Assembly: GCA_963700635.1 (NCBI GenBank)
Contig: CAVOYH010000003.1
Location: 832,001-896,000, forward strand
DNA length: 64,000 nucleotides
Source: an uncultured Bacteroidota bacterium
Lineage (GTDB): Bacteria; Bacteroidota; Ignavibacteria; UBA10030; UBA6906
Direction: 5' to 3'
Shown: positions 61,793 to 64,000 of the stretch, in pieces
How positions within the stretch are numbered: position 1 is the stretch's first letter
How the letters are laid out: every line of letters starts with the position of its first letter
Notes under the pieces: generated by a model
What the model saw: only the letters and a program-made list of their open reading frames with translations
What the model was told of the DNA's origin: nothing
Databases searched by the model: none
Translations under genes and position numbers: made by a program

Positions 61793-62538
61793 TCCCCGAG
61801 CGGCTTCGTACCAGCCTGAGCCAGGCCGGCAGTGTTGTTGCGTTCACCGGTGCGGGGATCTCCGCTGAAAGTGGTGTGCCGACCTTCCGTAGTGCAGGGG
61901 GCATCTGGAAAAAAATGAAACCGGAAGAGCTGGCCAGCATGAATGGTTTTTTGAAGAATCCGGACCTTGTGTGGGAATGGTATATCCAGCGAAAACGGAT
62001 CATGGCGGACGTGCAGCCGAATCCCGGTCATAGGGCGCTGGCGCTGATGGAACACGTGTTCCCCCGTGTCACGGTCATCACTCAGAATATTGACAATCTG
62101 CATCAGCGGGCAGGCAGTACGATCGTCCATGAACTTCACGGCAACATCGAGCGCAATTATTGTATGGAATGCGGCACACAATATACCAATGCGCAGGTGC
62201 TGGAAGTAACCGGCGTTCCTCGTTGTACAGCATGCGGCGGAATGATTCGCCCCGACGTGGTCTGGTTCGGTGAGATGTTGCCGGAAGAGGAATGGGAATC
62301 CTCGGTGAAAGCCGCCGAATCGTGTGACATCTTTTTGTCTGTCGGGACTTCCTCCGTCGTGTATCCGGCTGCTTCTCTGCCGATGATTGCACAGAACGCC
62401 GGGGCACTTGTCGTGGAGATTAATCCCGAAGCAACACCGTTCACCTCTAAGGCCGGTGAATTTTTGCAGGGTCCGGCCGGCACCCTCCTGCCGGAACTTT
62501 ATGAGATAGCCGTTGCAGTTCGAAAGGAAACACGATGA
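61789..62538 (+). CDS. cobB: NAD-dependent protein deacylase (sirtuin)
   Basis: TGAGISAESGVPTFR, TQNIDNLH, LHG, two CxxC pairs and RPDVVWFGE. Confidence 0.94.
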   Translation: MIPERLRTSLSQAGSVVAFTGAGISAESGVPTFRSAGGIWKKMKPEELASMNGFLKNPDLVWEWYIQRKRIMADVQPNPGHRALALMEHVFPRVTVITQNIDNLHQRAGSTIVHELHGNIERNYCMECGTQYTNAQVLEVTGVPRCTACGGMIRPDVVWFGEMLPEEEWESSVKAAESCDIFLSVGTSSVVYPAASLPMIAQNAGALVVEINPEATPFTSKAGEFLQGPAGTLLPELYEIAVAVRKETR

Positions 62539-63998
62539 GAATTCTCCCCGGAAAGGCCCGGATTGTCTGCACTCTTGGGCCGGCTTCACGCGAAGCCGAC
62601 ACCCTGACCCGAATGATTGAGGTCGGGATGGACGTGGTACGATTGAATTTCTCACACGGATCGCATGATGAGCATGCGCGTTTGATAGCACGGGCGCGGG
62701 AAACTGCCGCGAAACTCGGTGTGACACTCTGTCTCATCCAGGACCTGCAGGGTCCGAAAATCAGAATTGGTGAGCTGGAGACTCCGACGATTGATGTGCC
62801 CGCCGGCAGCACCCTGCGCATCACCACGGAACTCATGGTCGGCCGGCCCGGGAGAGTTTCCACGACCTTTACGAGGCTTCCCGAAGAGGTCCATCCGGGC
62901 GACACGATTCTGGTGGACGACGGTAAGATCCGCCTGGCTGTCGTCCGGATCGACCGACAGGACGTGGTGTGTGAAGTGGTGGCAGGAGGAAAATTGAGTC
63001 CGCGCAAAGGGATTAATTTACCCGGTGTTGCACTGAGTATTCCCGCCTTTACGCCGAAGGATTTGGACGACCTTGCCTTCGGGCTTGCAAACGGGGTTGA
63101 CTATACCGCTCTGTCCTTTGTGCGCAGCGCAGATGACATCCGGGCCCTGCGTGCTGCCATGCATCAGATCACCGGAGGGGCTGAGCAACATCCGATTATC
63201 GCAAAGATTGAAAAACCCCAGGCTCTGCGTAATATTCTCTCGATCATAGAAGAAGCGGACGCGGTGATGGTCGCGCGGGGTGATCTTGGCGTCGAAGTGC
63301 CGCCTGAAGAGGTCCCTTTGCATCAGAAGAATATCATTGCGAAATGTAACACGGCCGGGAAACCGGTCATTGTGGCAACGCAGATGTTTGAATCGATGAT
63401 TACCAACCCCACGCCCACGCGTGCTGAAGCCAATGACGTGGCCAATGCGGTACTGGACGGAGCCGATGCCGTGATGCTGAGCGGAGAGACTTCCGTAGGA
63501 GCATACCCGGTTGAAGCTGTCGCCATGATGACCCGTATCATCAATAATGTCGAAACGCATGCCGCGAAGACACGCATCGATGATCAATGGAGCACTGAGG
63601 GCGAACGATCACATCAGGAGGCGCTCGGCCGTGCAGCGTGTGTCCTTGCTGAACAGATACAGGCGGCGGCGATCGTGGCAGTGACGCAGAGCGGGGCAAC
63701 TGTCCGGACAGTGGCACACTACCGTCCGCGAACGCCCCTTGTGGCGGTCACCACGTCCGCTTCAACGCTGCGGCGACTGAACCTTGTCTGGGGAGTGCGC
63801 GGGATGATGGTGGAGGGGACACACCAGGATTCCGACCGGACGCTCCGGGCGGTAGAACGATCCCTGGCTGAGGAAGGGGTGCTGCGGAATGGTGACGCCT
63901 ATGTCCTGATCGCGGGGCTTCCACTGTTTGGCGGAGGAGGGACAAATTTCGTGAAGGTGGAAACAATCGTTCACGATGGTGATGGCGGAGGAACCTAA
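62535..63998 (+). CDS. pyk: Pyruvate kinase
   Basis: IVCTLGPAS, RLNFSHG, DLQGPKIR, MVARGDLG and PTRAEANDVANA. Confidence 0.97.
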   Translation: MRILPGKARIVCTLGPASREADTLTRMIEVGMDVVRLNFSHGSHDEHARLIARARETAAKLGVTLCLIQDLQGPKIRIGELETPTIDVPAGSTLRITTELMVGRPGRVSTTFTRLPEEVHPGDTILVDDGKIRLAVVRIDRQDVVCEVVAGGKLSPRKGINLPGVALSIPAFTPKDLDDLAFGLANGVDYTALSFVRSADDIRALRAAMHQITGGAEQHPIIAKIEKPQALRNILSIIEEADAVMVARGDLGVEVPPEEVPLHQKNIIAKCNTAGKPVIVATQMFESMITNPTPTRAEANDVANAVLDGADAVMLSGETSVGAYPVEAVAMMTRIINNVETHAAKTRIDDQWSTEGERSHQEALGRAACVLAEQIQAAAIVAVTQSGATVRTVAHYRPRTPLVAVTTSASTLRRLNLVWGVRGMMVEGTHQDSDRTLRAVERSLAEEGVLRNGDAYVLIAGLPLFGGGGTNFVKVETIVHDGDGGGT

Positions 63999-64000
63999 GA

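Overview
A gene-dense, GC-rich core-chromosome segment, mostly on the + strand. Gene order points to the Ignavibacteria/Chlorobi side of the FCB group (inference): yggS-divIVA-PNP-ileS-dksA-lspA-rluD, a GIHH-type IleRS, bactofilin-atpZ-atpBEFHAG without atpDC, ffh-rpsP-khpA-rimM-trmD-rplS, and an MqnA-like gene. About 55 CDSs are present, mostly housekeeping, and I saw no rRNA, tRNA, CRISPR array or mobile element. The best candidate for an undescribed system is at 12.8-17.1 kb. A TPR-CHAT lipoprotein that lacks both catalytic residues converges on an ECF sigma gene with no neighbouring anti-sigma, and the gene downstream of the sigma carries a SigW-like TGCAAC-N16-CGTA promoter. Other notable points: the swapped GIHH motif in IleRS; an MqnA-like protein with degenerate motifs; a GalT-like DUF4921 gene after eno-PGM; a membrane HExxH-TPR protein between murA and a GT9; a sirtuin coupled to pyk; several probably leaderless genes; and +1 frameshifts in yggS and cysS that are probably assembly errors. 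All family calls come from motif recognition by eye, not from database searches.
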